Source of the DNA: Piedraia hortae CBS 480.64
Taxonomy: Eukaryota
Reading direction: 5' to 3'
DNA: 55,829 nt
Assembly (NCBI GenBank): GCA_010093745.1
Contig: MU005958.1
Span: 620,001-675,829, forward strand
This document shows, in pieces, positions 11,807 through 24,179 of this stretch. A model generated the notes under the pieces. It saw only the letters and a program-made list of their open reading frames with translations, was not told the origin of the DNA and made no database searches. Position 1 is the first letter of the stretch. Each line of letters begins with the position of its first letter. A program made the position numbers and the translations under genes.

Positions 11807-12019
11807 GCTGATCGTTCCTGGTTAGTCAGAGTCCCACCCGTTGTCCATGCGCATTCAACAGTCAAGTGTCGCCGATGTTTGGTCCCGTAAACAGCATGGC
11901 CCAGACAGGAAAAGCGTCACGACGGACCGCGCGCTGCCCTGGCAACGAGTGACACCTCGGCCCGAGCCGGTGTCAAACGGGTTGATCTTCGTCATCGCAC
12001 GTGTCGAGTTGGAAGATCA

Positions 12020-13105
12020 ATGGAAAAGTATGGGCAGTACAGAGACAAGGGTGGGCTTTTGCATCATTGAAAAATCCCCATGTTGACTATATCCTCAGGC
12101 TCCGGTATTGCGCCCTTTTTCCCAATCTCCGCCCCCGAAACCCGAGCGATTCTCTTCCCATGGCGCATTTTCCTGTTCAGCATGCGAATACCGGTGTTGA
12201 TATTCTCCTGGCTCGTCTGGCTGGCCGTTATCCAATGGCTACCAGCGGGGAGCGCACTTCGAAAAGCCAACCAGTGGTGTCTCCTCGGCATTCCCGGTGT
12301 TTGGTGGACTGACATCCAAGTCGACGGCGTCCGACGCGGTTCTCTATCCCAAGGCCCTCGAGGCCGCCTCCCCCATCCTGGAACAATCATCGCATGTTCA
12401 TGGACAAGTCCACTCGACATTCTCTACCTCGCCGCCATCTGGGACCCAATCTTCACCCTAAGCACACCCAGCAGCAAACTCGTCCGTCCCGTCTCTCAAG
12501 AAACCATGCTAGCAGCCTGCTTCTGCGTCACCAACCCTCTCGAATTCGGCGCACCACAAGAATACATTGAACTCGACAAACTAGTCAAAACGAACCCTCG
12601 AAGGGTAATTGTCGTCTTCCCCGAAGCAACAACAAGCAACGGACGAGCCATCCTCCGTCTCTCCCCTTCCCTCTTATCATCCGGAAGCAACACCAAAATC
12701 TTCCCTATATCCCTCCGCTTCTCCCCAACGGACATCGTCACGCCAGTCCCCGGCTGGATCGAAGCCCTCCGCTTCATCTGGAAGCTGAACACGGGCCAGA
12801 CCCATCTCGTCCGGGTCCGAATCGGAGGGTCACGTACCCTCTCCCAACTCTTCCACCAAATTCACGAAGAAAATCGTCCGGCAATCACCCCTCGCAAAAG
12901 CAGCTACGACAGCAACTATTTCGATCGTTTCTCTGACGAGTCTCTCCACGTCGGCGAGGATAGTCTCACACCCGAAGAACACAAAGTTTTGGGGAGTATA
13001 GCAGACGATATGGCCCGTCTGGGTCGAGTCACACGCGTGGGACTAGGAGTGTCTGAGAAGAAGAAATTCGTGGAGGCGTGGCAGAGGAGGATAAAACGTA
13101 GTTAG
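12020..13105 (+). CDS. LOA1: Lysophosphatidic acid acyltransferase LOA1/VPS66
   Basis: Spliced N-terminus MEKYGQYRDK/GSGIAPFFP (intron 12051-12098); TSPLDILYL and VFPEATTSNGRAIL acyltransferase motifs. Confidence 0.88.
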
Positions 13106-13252
13106 GTAGATACCCAATTGAAAGTAAACTGCTCTCATCATGTCCTTAACTGTGCCTCCCCCCACTCTCTCGGAGAGTGTGATCTTTCCCGCTGCGGGGA
13201 CACAGAGAAGTGGAACCCAAACCGGCCACCATCCCTATACCCAACTTCGACT

Positions 13253-14405
13253 ATGTCTTCCGTGGTGGTAATAGGAGCAGGCGTAACCGGCCTCGCGATC
13301 TCCCTCCTCCTCGCGAAAGCAGGGTATGCCGTAACCCTGCTGGCTGAACACCTTCCTGGCTCAGACAGCATAGACTACACATCCGCATGGTACGCGAAGC
13401 ATCCCTCCTCAAAACCCCACTGATGGAGGGAAAGGGCAGGCGCACAATGGCGCACGCATGCCTCGCCTTCCTCGCGCGAAAGGGGGTGGGATATTCAAAC
13501 ATACCAATACTGGATGTCACTTACTGAGGAGGCGGGGGTTGCGGTATGTACATATCCATTCTCCGGTATTCCCACTTAGGGGGGAGAGAGGAGAGGAGAG
13601 AGGGAAGGCTAATGAATAGCGATACACGAGTAGGTTATTCTTCCCCGGTCTGGTGACGGAGGAGGAAATCTGGTTCGCTCCACATGTCCTCGACTTTCGC
13701 ACCCTTCTCGACCAGGTGGAGTTCACTTCGTTTACCCTCACCCCCCAAAAATACCTAGCCTACCTCCTCGCCCAGGCGGAGGGGTGCGGCATGCGCGTCA
13801 TCCAAACCAAACTCCCCGGGGGTGGAAGCGTGGAGGGAGGGAGTTTGGAGGGCGAGAGCGTGAGGGGAGTGAGCATGGAAAGAGGAAATCTAGAAACCCT
13901 CCTCTCCGCCGCGTCGCATCTCGCGTCCGCAGAAGTCTATGTTAATGCAACCGGCCTCGCGGCGCCGGACCCCACCCTTTTCCCCATCCGCGGCGTAACC
14001 CTCCGCGTCAAGGGCGAAGCCTCACACATTAGCACAAAACTTTTCCCGGACGGGGGGATCGGATATGTCCTGCCCCGGAAGGGGACGGGTGAGAGCATCC
14101 TAGGCGGGACGAAAGAGGTGGGAGTCGCTTCGCGAGAGGTTGGGGGTGATGTGGTGGATGGGATCAAAGATAGATGTAGAGATCTCGCGCCGGAGTTATT
14201 GACAGATGGCGAGTTTGAGGTTCTGGGTGTGCAGGTTGGTTTTAGGCCTGGGAGGGTTGGGGGGGCAAGGGTTGAGGGGGAGGTGTTGGCTGATGGGAAG
14301 AGGGTGGTGCATGCGTATGGACATGGAGGGGCGGGGTTTCAGAATTCTGTGGGGTGTGCGAATGAGGTTGTGAGACTGATTGGGGAGTTACTACTACGTA
14401 GCTAA
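13253..14405 (+). CDS. D-amino-acid oxidase family FAD-dependent oxidoreductase
   Basis: VVVIGAGVTG Rossmann motif, YTSAW/AGAQW (intron 13390-13434), intron 13544-13619, VNATG, PIRG, VGFRPGR, VHAYGHGGAGFQNSVG. Confidence 0.9.
13821..13895 (+). repeat. Five degenerate 15-nt coding tandem units in the DAO gene
   Basis: ggtggaagcgtggag/ggagggagtttggag/ggcgagagcgtgagg/ggagtgagcatggaa/agaggaaatctagaa = GGSVE GGSLE GESVR GVSME RGNLE. Confidence 0.7.
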
Positions 14406-14556
14406 CATACTTCGTAGCTTAATTTCATGGCTGATTTGATTGTGGGTGGTTAGTGGGGCTTGGCGGTCTGATAACCCGCTGACTCATCAAGTTCCCACAC
14501 GGAACCGGCCGAGAAAACTCAACATCCGTCGAGGAAAAAGTTTGGTGCAGATTGTA

Positions 14557-16533
14557 ATGGCGCAACTTACGACTACGCTGACAGATTCGCCGTGTGATTT
14601 GTTGAATGCGACGCACCCGCTGTACAATGCGACGTTGGAGTCTTTGACGAAGACGATTGATCCGCTAGCGGCTGATGTTTGCGCTGCGCAGGAAGAGAGG
14701 TTGCGCGAGGCGAGGAAGAGGAGGAAGAGGGGGAGGGTGGATGTATTGGAAAAGGAGAAGCCGTTGAAGGTGAGGAAGTTGTATACGGAGGGTTTTGAGA
14801 CGGATCAAGTATGGGAACAGACTAGACGGGTCATTGAGGCTGCGCTGGAGGAGGTGGGGAGGGTTGTTGACAAGGAAGGAGTTGAGACGAAGAGAGATGC
14901 TCTGCAGGATGGTGTGGAAGAAGCACAAGATGAAGAAATGGACAATCAGAGTGAGCACGAAGACATGGACGACCACACCGAGGATGACGTCAAGGGCGGC
15001 GAGAGGGAAGCTGCCTCGGTGAACGAGGATGAGCCGGAAGCGGGCTTGAAGGAGGAAGAAGGATTTTCTTCTGAAGCGGAGCAGGATGACTCTCCAGAAA
15101 CGGAGCAAAGCAACTCTGAAAAGAATGAAGAAAAGACCGAAAAGTCCAAGCTAAATAGCCGCTTTTTCTCCATTGATGACTTCAACAAGCAATCCGCCCT
15201 CATGGAGCGGCGGGACGCAAACGGAGAAGTTGACGAGAACGAGGAAGAAATTGACTGGGACGCTCCGCTCGCTGCTTCAGGTGATGAAGAGGACGAGGAA
15301 GGTCCGGGGTTTGGTGATCCAGATGCGCCGAGCGAGGACGATGAAGTTCAAGGTGGAGAGATGGATGATGCCTTAGATCTGAACCAAGATCTTTCCAATG
15401 CGCCCAAATTCGACACCTTTTTCGGCTCGCAAGACCAGGCAAAGAAGACAAAAGCAAAGCCTAAACCTCGCTCTTTACCACAGGATGAAGATGTCCAGTC
15501 AGACTCCCAATCAGAGACAGAAGGTCTGGCTGCAATGAAAGAGGGTGATGACTCCGACGAGGCTATCGACCCGAAGAACATGTCCAACCATGAACGTAAC
15601 AAAGCAACCATGCAGAGACTAATGAAGGAATACGAAAAGGTCAACGTCGGACAACGCGATTGGACCCTCATGGGCGAGGCGCGAGCTGCAGACAGAGAGG
15701 AAAACAGTCTTCTACCAGTAGACCTCGAATGGGAACGTCAGGGAAAGCCGCTCGCTGCCATGACAGCCGAGACCAACGAGAGCGTGGAAGACATGATCAA
15801 ACGCGCCATCTCCGAGTCCGATTTCCAGACTTTACAGCGGCGTCGTCCCCAAGACCTCGCCACGGGACCGACAAGGCGGGGAAGGGTAGATGTTGACCTC
15901 GGCAACGGCAAAGACCGCAAAGGTCTCGCCGATGAGTACGCAGAGGAATATCTCCGTCTCACAGATTCAGCCTATGTAGACGCCCAGGACGAGAGGACGA
16001 AGAAACAGCACCAGGAGATTTCCAAATTGTGGGAAGAAGCCCGAACAGCCCTCGATGGACTTTCGTCATGGCATTTCCGTCCAAAGGCTCCTGTGCCGCA
16101 GCTGGAAATCAGGACCGATGCACCAACAATCACATTGGAAGACGCTCAACCCAATGCCGAAGGTGCTGTAACAGCATCACAGCTCGCGCCCCAAGAAATC
16201 TACAAAGCTGGCGAGGCGAGTAAAGGTGTCAGGAAGGAGGTCACTTCCAAGGGAGGACTTCCTGCTGCAAGGGAAGAACTCGATAGAGATGAGAAGAAGA
16301 GACGACGACGGAGGCAAAAGGAGAGGATCAGAAAGAGCAATTCCAACACTGATCAAAGAGAGAAGAATGGCAAGACGAAGAACAAGGAAAAGGAAAAGGA
16401 AGAAAAGGATATTGTGGGTCAACTGAAGAAGGGAGGCGTCATGGTGATTGGGAAAAAGGGCCAGGTAACGGACATGGACGGGAAGGATTCAAGAGGCACA
16501 AGGAAGGCTACTGGTGCTTCGTTCAAGCTGTGA
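14557..16533 (+). CDS. MPP10: U3 snoRNP/SSU processome subunit Mpp10
   Basis: LYTEGFETDQVWEQ, FFSIDDFNKQ, WTLMGEARAADREENSLL, LDGLSSWHFRPK, ITLEDAQP, LAPQEIY, C-terminal SFKL. Probable ATG at 14557. Confidence 0.93.
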   Translation: MAQLTTTLTDSPCDLLNATHPLYNATLESLTKTIDPLAADVCAAQEERLREARKRRKRGRVDVLEKEKPLKVRKLYTEGFETDQVWEQTRRVIEAALEEVGRVVDKEGVETKRDALQDGVEEAQDEEMDNQSEHEDMDDHTEDDVKGGEREAASVNEDEPEAGLKEEEGFSSEAEQDDSPETEQSNSEKNEEKTEKSKLNSRFFSIDDFNKQSALMERRDANGEVDENEEEIDWDAPLAASGDEEDEEGPGFGDPDAPSEDDEVQGGEMDDALDLNQDLSNAPKFDTFFGSQDQAKKTKAKPKPRSLPQDEDVQSDSQSETEGLAAMKEGDDSDEAIDPKNMSNHERNKATMQRLMKEYEKVNVGQRDWTLMGEARAADREENSLLPVDLEWERQGKPLAAMTAETNESVEDMIKRAISESDFQTLQRRRPQDLATGPTRRGRVDVDLGNGKDRKGLADEYAEEYLRLTDSAYVDAQDERTKKQHQEISKLWEEARTALDGLSSWHFRPKAPVPQLEIRTDAPTITLEDAQPNAEGAVTASQLAPQEIYKAGEASKGVRKEVTSKGGLPAAREELDRDEKKRRRRRQKERIRKSNSNTDQREKNGKTKNKEKEKEEKDIVGQLKKGGVMVIGKKGQVTDMDGKDSRGTRKATGASFKL

Positions 16534-16718
16534 TAGAACAATGTCATCTCATTGGCTAAAGTTTAGCGGACGCTAGTGGATGCCGGAGTCCGAAATATTT
16601 TTCCCAGTTTGGACAGCGGAACTCTTCCGCCGCCCTGCCGTGTCACTCGGGCCGGGCCGGACAGGGCCGGGCCGATGCCTTGTCAAACACCACGACCAAA
16701 AATTCGACTTGAACAGCA

Positions 16719-19700
16719 ATGGACGAGCTATTCGACGTATTTGACGAGCCTGCTGTTAAGCAGAATGGTAGCGAAAAGAAGAGTCCGACCAAAAAACGAG
16801 GTCCCAGCGGCGATTTCAAGAAGACGACAGAGGCGCAAATCTCTGACGGCCAAGATGAGCCCGCGCCAATGGAAACCGATGCAAACAACGAGCGTGACTC
16901 CAAGCGACAACGCCGGGACGATGAGCCCGAGCCGGTAGTGACTGACACGTTCGAGACGCAGCAGTCGCGTGAAGTGGCGGCGTCTGCGGGTCTCCAGACC
17001 CAGCAGCAGGAAGAGCAGGCAGTGGTATTGTCGCATCAGGTACGACATCAAGTTTCACTTCCACAAAACTACGACTATGTACCGCTATCCAAACACAAGC
17101 GGCCGGAGAAACCGGCGCGTACTTGGCCGTTTACCCTGGACCCCTTCCAGGAGGTGTCCGTGTCTTGTATTGAGCGCAATGAGAGCGTCCTGGTGTCTGC
17201 CCACACCAGCGCTGGTAAAACAGTTGTGGCAGAGTATGCCATTGCCCACTGTTTAAAGAACAGCCAGCGAGTGATTTACACCAGCCCCATTAAGGCTCTG
17301 AGCAACCAAAAATACCGCGAGTTCAACGCAGAATTCGGCGATGTAGGCCTGATGACAGGCGATGTGACTATCAATCCCACAGCAACGTGTCTCGTCATGA
17401 CGACGGAGATCCTGCGGTCGATGCTGTACCGGGGGTCTGAGATTATGCGCGAGGTGGCCTGGGTTGTTTTTGATGAAGTCCACTATATGCGTGACAAGGC
17501 ACGCGGCGTGGTCTGGGAGGAGACCATCATCCTCCTGCCCGACAATGTCCGCTATGTCTTCCTCTCCGCCACCATCCCCAATGCCATGCAGTTTGCCGAG
17601 TGGATCACAAAAACCCACCGCCAGCCCTGTCACGTAGTCTACACTGATTTTCGTCCCACGCCGCTGCAGCATTACTTCTTCCCGGCCGGTGCCGAGGGGA
17701 TGCATCTCGTCGTGGACGAAAAGGGCCATTTTCGAGAAGAGAACTTCAACAAGGCCATGTCGTCGATCTCTGAGCGAGCCATTGTGGGCGAACGAAAGAA
17801 GCCAAAGAAGGTGGATAGAAGCAAAAAAGGCGGCACCGATGGCCCGACTGATATCTACAAAATCATCAAGATGATCATGCTGAAGCATTACAATCCGGTC
17901 ATTGTCTTTTCGTTTTCGAAGCGTGAATGCGAGGCTTATGCGCTGCAGATGAGCCAGCTGGCGTTTAATGATGATTCGGAGAAAGCAATGGTGACCAAAG
18001 TGTTCAATTCGGCTATTGAGATGTTGTCAGAGGAGGATCGTGCCCTGCCGCAGATTCAGCATATTCTTCCGCTCCTGCGTCGGGGGATTGGCATTCACCA
18101 TTCGGGTCTGCTGCCTATTTTGAAAGAGACGATTGAGATTCTCTTCCAAGAGGGTTTGTTGAAAGTATTGTTCGCCACCGAGACGTTCTCTATTGGATTG
18201 AACATGCCGGCCAAAACGGTCGTGTTTACTTCTGTCCGCAAGTTTGACGGAGTCAGCCAGCGCTGGGTTTCGCCATCTGAATTTATCCAAATGTCAGGTC
18301 GAGCGGGTCGACGAGGTCTCGACGATCGTGGTATCGTCATCATGATGATAGACGAGAAAATGGAGCCTGCTATTGCCAAGGAAATTGTCCGCGGTGAACA
18401 GGACAACCTCAACAGCGCCTTTCATCTCGGATACAACATGATCCTGAATCTACTCCGAGTGGAAGGCGTCAGTCCGGATTTCATGCTGGAACGGTGTTTC
18501 TTCCAGTTCCAAAACGCCGCCTCGGTGTCTGGCCTGGAGCGAGAACGTGCTGATCTCGAACGACAGCGGGCAGAAATGGTCATTGAACGCGAAGCAGACG
18601 TCAAAGAGTACTACCAGCTAAGACAGCAGCTCGACTCGTACGCAGCGGATATCAAATCCGTCATCAACGCACCGCAGTATCTCTCCAACTTCCTACAGCC
18701 CGGCCGCATGTTGCGGATCAAACATCAAGACATGGACTTTGGCTGGGGCGCCGTGGTCCAGGCCTCCCCCGTCCGAATCCCAAAACACCAGCGCGAGGAC
18801 GACGTCCCCATCGGCTCGCGCATCACCATCGACGTCCTCCTCCAAATATCCCCCGACTCTGTCGTACCCCAGGGAAGCCGCCCCGAAGGCGACTTCCCAC
18901 CAGGCGTCCGCCCCCCCGCCCCGGGCGAGACAAGCAAAGCAGACATCCTAACCGTGACCAACGGCCGCGTCGACGCCGTCGGCGAACTGAAACTCAACCT
19001 CCCGTGCGACCTCCGCACGAGCGAACAACGCAACATGGCCGGCAAAGCTCTTGACGTAGTCCTAAAACGCTTCCCCGACGGCCCCGCCCTGTTGGACCCA
19101 GTAAAACACATGCACATCACCGACGAGCGCTTCGACCGTCTCATCACCAAAACCGAAGCCCTCGAACACAAACTCTTCGCCAGCTCAATCCACTCTTCCC
19201 CATTGCTCCCAACCCTCTACGACCAATACGCCACCAAAGTCTCCCTATCAACCCAAATCCGCACCGTCGACCGCAAAATCCAAAACGCACTGAGCCTTTT
19301 ACATCTCGACGAGCTCAAAAACCGCAAACGCGTCCTCCGTCGACTAGGTTTCATCGACGAAGCAGACGTAGTCCAGCTAAAAGCACGCGTCGCGTGTGAG
19401 ATTAGCACTGGTGATGAACTGGTCCTTTCAGAATTACTCTTCGATAGATTCTTCAATGCCCTCACGCCGGAACAGTGCGCCGCTGCACTAAGTTGCTTCA
19501 TCTTCGAAGAGAAATCTGCAGAGGGGGGCGAAATGCCCGACGAGTTGGCGAAGCCGTATAGAGCTATTCTCGCGCAGGCGAGAAAGTTGGCGAAAATTAG
19601 CTTGGAGTCGAAGGTTATGCTTAATGAGGAGGAGTATCTTCAAGGTTTTAAGCCTCAACTAATGGAAGTTGTGTTTGCTTGGACTAAGGGGGCAAGTTTT

Positions 19701-19963
19701 GCGACGATTTGGTAGGTTTTTTTTTTTTCTCTTGATTTTGGTTTGATGTGGGGAGGGGATTGCTGATGATTTTTGGGGACAGTAAAATGACGGATGTGTA
19801 CGAGGGTTCGTTGATAAGGCTTTTTCGAAGGTTGGAGGAGTTGTTGAGACAGATGGCTCAGGCGTCGAAGGCGATGGGGAGTGGGGAGTTGGAACAAAAG
19901 TTTGAGGATGCTTTGGGGAAGGTTAGGAGGGATTTGGTTGCTGCGCAGTCGCTTTACCTTTGA
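16719..19963 (+). CDS. MTR4: Ski2-like RNA helicase Mtr4/Dob1
   Basis: [35 protein letters not shown] and arch domain. Intron 19712-19782 restores [21 protein letters not shown]. Confidence 0.97.
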
Positions 19964-20206
19964 GGGTGCCTATTAAGGTCGCGCGTGCCCGGGGAAGGGA
20001 AAGGGTGGGGGGAGGGGAGGGGTAAAGGAAAGTGTGGCTTTAATGGATGCAAAGATATATGGGTCACTAAGGGAGTATCCTCGCCTCGGTCGCTTTATCT
20101 CTAATAGGACCTCTAGGTCGAGACATCCCGAAGAAAGGATGTTCGATGGAATTGCCCCTCAATTGCGCTACCTCTAACAGACCTCTAGGTAGATCATGAT
20201 AACCCC

Positions 20207-21157
20207 CTAGCTAGTTCCATCCCTCCGACCCAGCAAAGAATCAACCAACTCCCCCGCCTCCTCCCTCACCCCCTCCAAATCAATCCTCCCCAACACCCCT
20301 TTCTGCGCGACAACCACACCCTCATTCTCAAAAACCCCCCTCATCAAATCCGTCTCCGTCTCCCAAAACTCCCCCTCCCTACCCCTCAATTTCGAGCTCC
20401 TAACAACCGTATTCCGCACACATCCCAGCCCCCTCAGCGTCTTTACCAAACCCTCCATCCCATCTCTAACCCCCTCAACCCGTTCGCTTACCCCCTCCCG
20501 CGCAAGCAAAACCATTCCCCCAAGGATAACATCCACTCCCGCAAACCCCAACAACCTAACAACCCTACCCTTCCAGAACTTAAATTCCCCCTCGCCGCGG
20601 TGGAGGTAGAACAGTTCACTCCCCAGGAGGGCTATACACGCCGCGACCGCCCGACCTCTGAAGCGCGAAGCCTGTCTACCCGTCACTACACCCATGATGG
20701 CGAGGTGGAGGAGATGCGGGGTTAATATCCCGGGGAGAGCGTAGATGAAGTTCCCGAGATGATCTTTTGGGTCGGTCCATGAAGGGAAGGCAGCTGGGCC
20801 GTAGAGAGAGTAGAGTTTCGAGGCGGGAGGGCCGTGTTCTTTTAGGAAGGATAAGTAGGTTTGCTCTGGGGAGGTGAGAGAGCGGCGGAGGCGGGATTGG
20901 AGACGCTCCGCGGGGGCAGTGAGTGGGAGGGAGGTCTCCATGTAGATGTTTGTTGGGGTGAAGATTGGGAGAGTGAGGATTAGGGAGGTTAGGGTGGTGA
21001 GGGTTAGGAGGGCTAAGGGGAGTTGAGGGGGAGGTTTCCGGCGAGTGGTGGAGGGTTGTTGTTGGGTGAGCGTACGTGTGTAGGCGATGAGGCGTGGGAG
21101 GAGGATGGGGCCCAGGAGGAGGACGAGGGATTGGATGTTGGACCAGGTTGTTGACAT
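20207..21157 (-). CDS. Conserved hypothetical multi-pass membrane protein
   Basis: 316-aa ORF with several hydrophobic segments. The N-terminus WSNIQSLVLLLGPILLP and the LYSLYGP motif resemble a Pezizomycotina family of unknown function. Confidence 0.75.
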   Translation of the reverse strand: MSTTWSNIQSLVLLLGPILLPRLIAYTRTLTQQQPSTTRRKPPPQLPLALLTLTTLTSLILTLPIFTPTNIYMETSLPLTAPAERLQSRLRRSLTSPEQTYLSFLKEHGPPASKLYSLYGPAAFPSWTDPKDHLGNFIYALPGILTPHLLHLAIMGVVTGRQASRFRGRAVAACIALLGSELFYLHRGEGEFKFWKGRVVRLLGFAGVDVILGGMVLLAREGVSERVEGVRDGMEGLVKTLRGLGCVRNTVVRSSKLRGREGEFWETETDLMRGVFENEGVVVAQKGVLGRIDLEGVREEAGELVDSLLGRRDGTS

Positions 21158-22645
21158 GTTTGGGGAATAGTGAGGGATGTTGAATGGTTGTGGTTGTTGA
21201 TGGGTTGTAGTTCTTGGGTTGGTGCTTATCCTCTTGGACGAATGGTGGCTTTTGAGATGTCCTCTGGCCGGATGCTCTTTAAGTGCTTGTTGGCATGTTT
21301 CAGTGAGACATGGATAGATGTGTCAGTCCATTGCGCTAATGTATCATACCCCAGGTCTCGCTAGACTGATTCTGGGTTAGCTTCATGCAACACCGTTTTT
21401 CCTAGACTGCTTTTGTGTAAGCTTCAGCCGCCATGAGCGGAGTGATGCGAATAATGTCGCCGGGCGCCGGCGTCGGTACCGGTGAGATAGACGTTTCCTT
21501 GCCACGACAAGAAAAAATCCATTACGACTCTGATAACTATAACTACTATTGAGAATGAGATAAGGTTGGTAATGGCGTGTTCCTCTACTAGGATGTTTGC
21601 TACGAGGTTAAAGGATGTTTGCACCTCCTCACATACATCTACCCAATCAACTTGGGACGTCACTCGAAAAGATTCAGGAAAACTATCACTATTGACTAAA
21701 ATCACCGATATACTGCAGAGAATATACCTCGGGAAGGGCTTGAATGGAAGTTTGATACCGTCGACTCCAAGCCTGAAATCCTAAACTTATATACTGAATT
21801 CAGAGCTGGCTAAGCAATTATTCCATAACCATACTCCTCAATTACAATGAGGATGATTATAAAGTAAGACCTTCGCGTCACAGGTTTGCTGGGAACACGC
21901 ATCTGGTGATGTAGAAGATGACAACAATACTTCGTCAGACGCTTCGTGGACTAACATTCTACGCCTGAGAACACCTCTGCAACAGAAGATGTCGATCAAA
22001 GAACCGAAGAGCAGCATGGACTCATGGTCAACGTACGGTGATGTCTGGGACTGGAACTGAGACACTGGATTGTTTCGCTACAGCTTTCAACACGCGACAA
22101 CTCAACCAATAGCTTATTTCGCTCGATGCTGCCGTTCATTTGCATGTGCTAGCGAGGAGAATCACCAGTCCTGCATCCTAACCATATGGCCAGGCTTCCC
22201 AGAAACCAAAAAGCTAGAGGCCCATGTATTTGCGGCTCTTGGGTAGCATGATTTTCGGCAGCGTCATGGCGGCTATCGCCTCAGAAATGCAGTGGTCAGC
22301 CGTCTTCAAGCCCCGATGGAAATGCACTTGGCACCGCTGGGTGGAGGTCTTCCTATGGATCATGGCCAACATCGCCATCAATGATCTACGCCAAAGAGAA
22401 GCATGTAGTCCATAATGCGGATGAAAAGCTCTCAGCCTGGTAAGCGCCGCATTCGAATGGCCATGCAACCTACTCATATTGACAAAGATCGTGCTCTGTG
22501 GCCTTATACTTTTAGTATTTGGCATCCTCAACCATCGGGCTGGGATTCCCTGGGTACATGTCGCGCACCAGCATGATCATCTTTATGGTCATGACGACTT
22601 TCTCGGTCCCAATGTTTGCAACAATGACGACCCGAATCGGTAAGG

Positions 22646-23185
22646 TTGACTCCTGACTATCAGGTCATGCCTCGGAGGATTAACAATTTACAGGCCTCTT
22701 CCTCTGCGCCGAAAGATATGCCATGCAAATTGGACAAGACATTGCACGAGCAGTTTACAAGAAGAGAGCGTTCACGCCGGAGGCAGTGGAGGAGTACCGG
22801 GCCAAGCTCGGCCAATTTTTGGAGCACTTGCTTCTGCTTTACCCATTTGACGTCGGGGCAGCCCACGCGGGGCACTGAGATTTTCAGCGTGAGGCACAAA
22901 AACATACAGGGGCCGCGAAATATTTTCGTGGAGAACGACCTCGTGTGCTTCGTAACATTATACCATAAGGGGTATGCAGCCACACGCGAACTCAAGGTGA
23001 TCCACCGGTACCTGCTCGAGGACGTGAGCCAGATGCTCGTTCAGCATCTGTGGTTGGTTGAGCCCTTCGTGGGGCAGATATTCACACAGGCAGGTGGCAG
23101 CCTGGACGAGACGTTCATGTGGGCCGAAGGCGACGGACCTTGGGGGAGACAGACATCCTGCGGCTGGAAACGGAGCAACACCTAG
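22646..23185 (+). pseudogene. Fragment of telomere-linked RecQ helicase (TLH/DUF3505-associated) family gene
   Basis: HLTSGQPTRGTEIFSVRHKN..RNIFVENDLVCFVTLYHKGY..KVIHRYL..V..MLV.HLWLV.PF is the characteristic mid-region of that family. The flanks are frameshifted and no helicase motifs are seen. Confidence 0.72.
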
Positions 23186-24179
23186 CCGAATCAGTAAAGG
23201 CCCGTCGCTACCACGATAAGTAGACCGAATTATTCAAATTCGTGGCCATCACTCTGTTGACCGCCGTTTGAGATAAACGATGGATCTGCCCTCGTGGAGG
23301 GGTACGCGCAAGCGGAGAAACCAAGCGCCTGGTCGTCCACTGGAAACGACAAAAGCTGCCAGAGCAAATGGACAAACCTACTTGAACCTTCCGTCGCGGT
23401 GTCTCTGTGGACATAGAAGGTATTATGAAGGAATGGAAAGCTTTCGAAGCAGGCGAGGAGAAAACAACCACACTGGGCCAAGTCTTTGATCGAAGAAGTC
23501 GGTGCCCTCATGCGTGGCTCCTTCCATTGTTACTCCGGCGGAGCACAAAGGGTAACAGGTCTCTCGAAGGATGTGCTGCCTACATAGACTAATCGTGCCC
23601 TGCCGCATGGGCCGCAACTCGCACCCTTCCCGAGCCGCGTTGGCGAAGCAGGGCCAGCTACTCGGTCAGACCTCCAACGATTCCCTGTAGCGGGCGAGAC
23701 ACAAAATTCCGGTGATCCTGGTGAAAGCTCCCACGACATGCCCTTTGAATAACGCGAAGAGGAAAACGGGAGCTGGCACTCTCCCCGAGCTGCTCGAATA
23801 CCTGTAGAGCAAAAGGGAACCGATGGCCGAAGCGCGTGAAGCTAAGTCCCAGGCCTTGGAAAAGGATCACGCACGAACTGCGAAGGGACGCCGAGGAACG
23901 CCGTGAAGAACAGCGGCGTCAAAATGAAGACATGCAAATGCTGTTCCAGCAGATGATGGCTCTGATGGTGTTTTCACTACCGTTATGAACCTTTACTATC
24001 TGTAGCACTATTTATACAGGATCTGAGCATTTGTAGGCCTAGGCTTGGTGACGTGAGACGTGAAGATGTGTTTCTGTGATGGCGGGGCAGACCCCGCGTC
24101 GTTGATCAGCAGCTGTCAACGACGCGGGCCGCCCCCAGATTCTCGACCACCCCGGCATGAGTCCAACCTCACGTCGAAC

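Noticed and set aside
20975..21020. TTAGGG-like words
   Set aside because: Not a tandem array; they are the antisense of Leu/Thr codons in a CDS.
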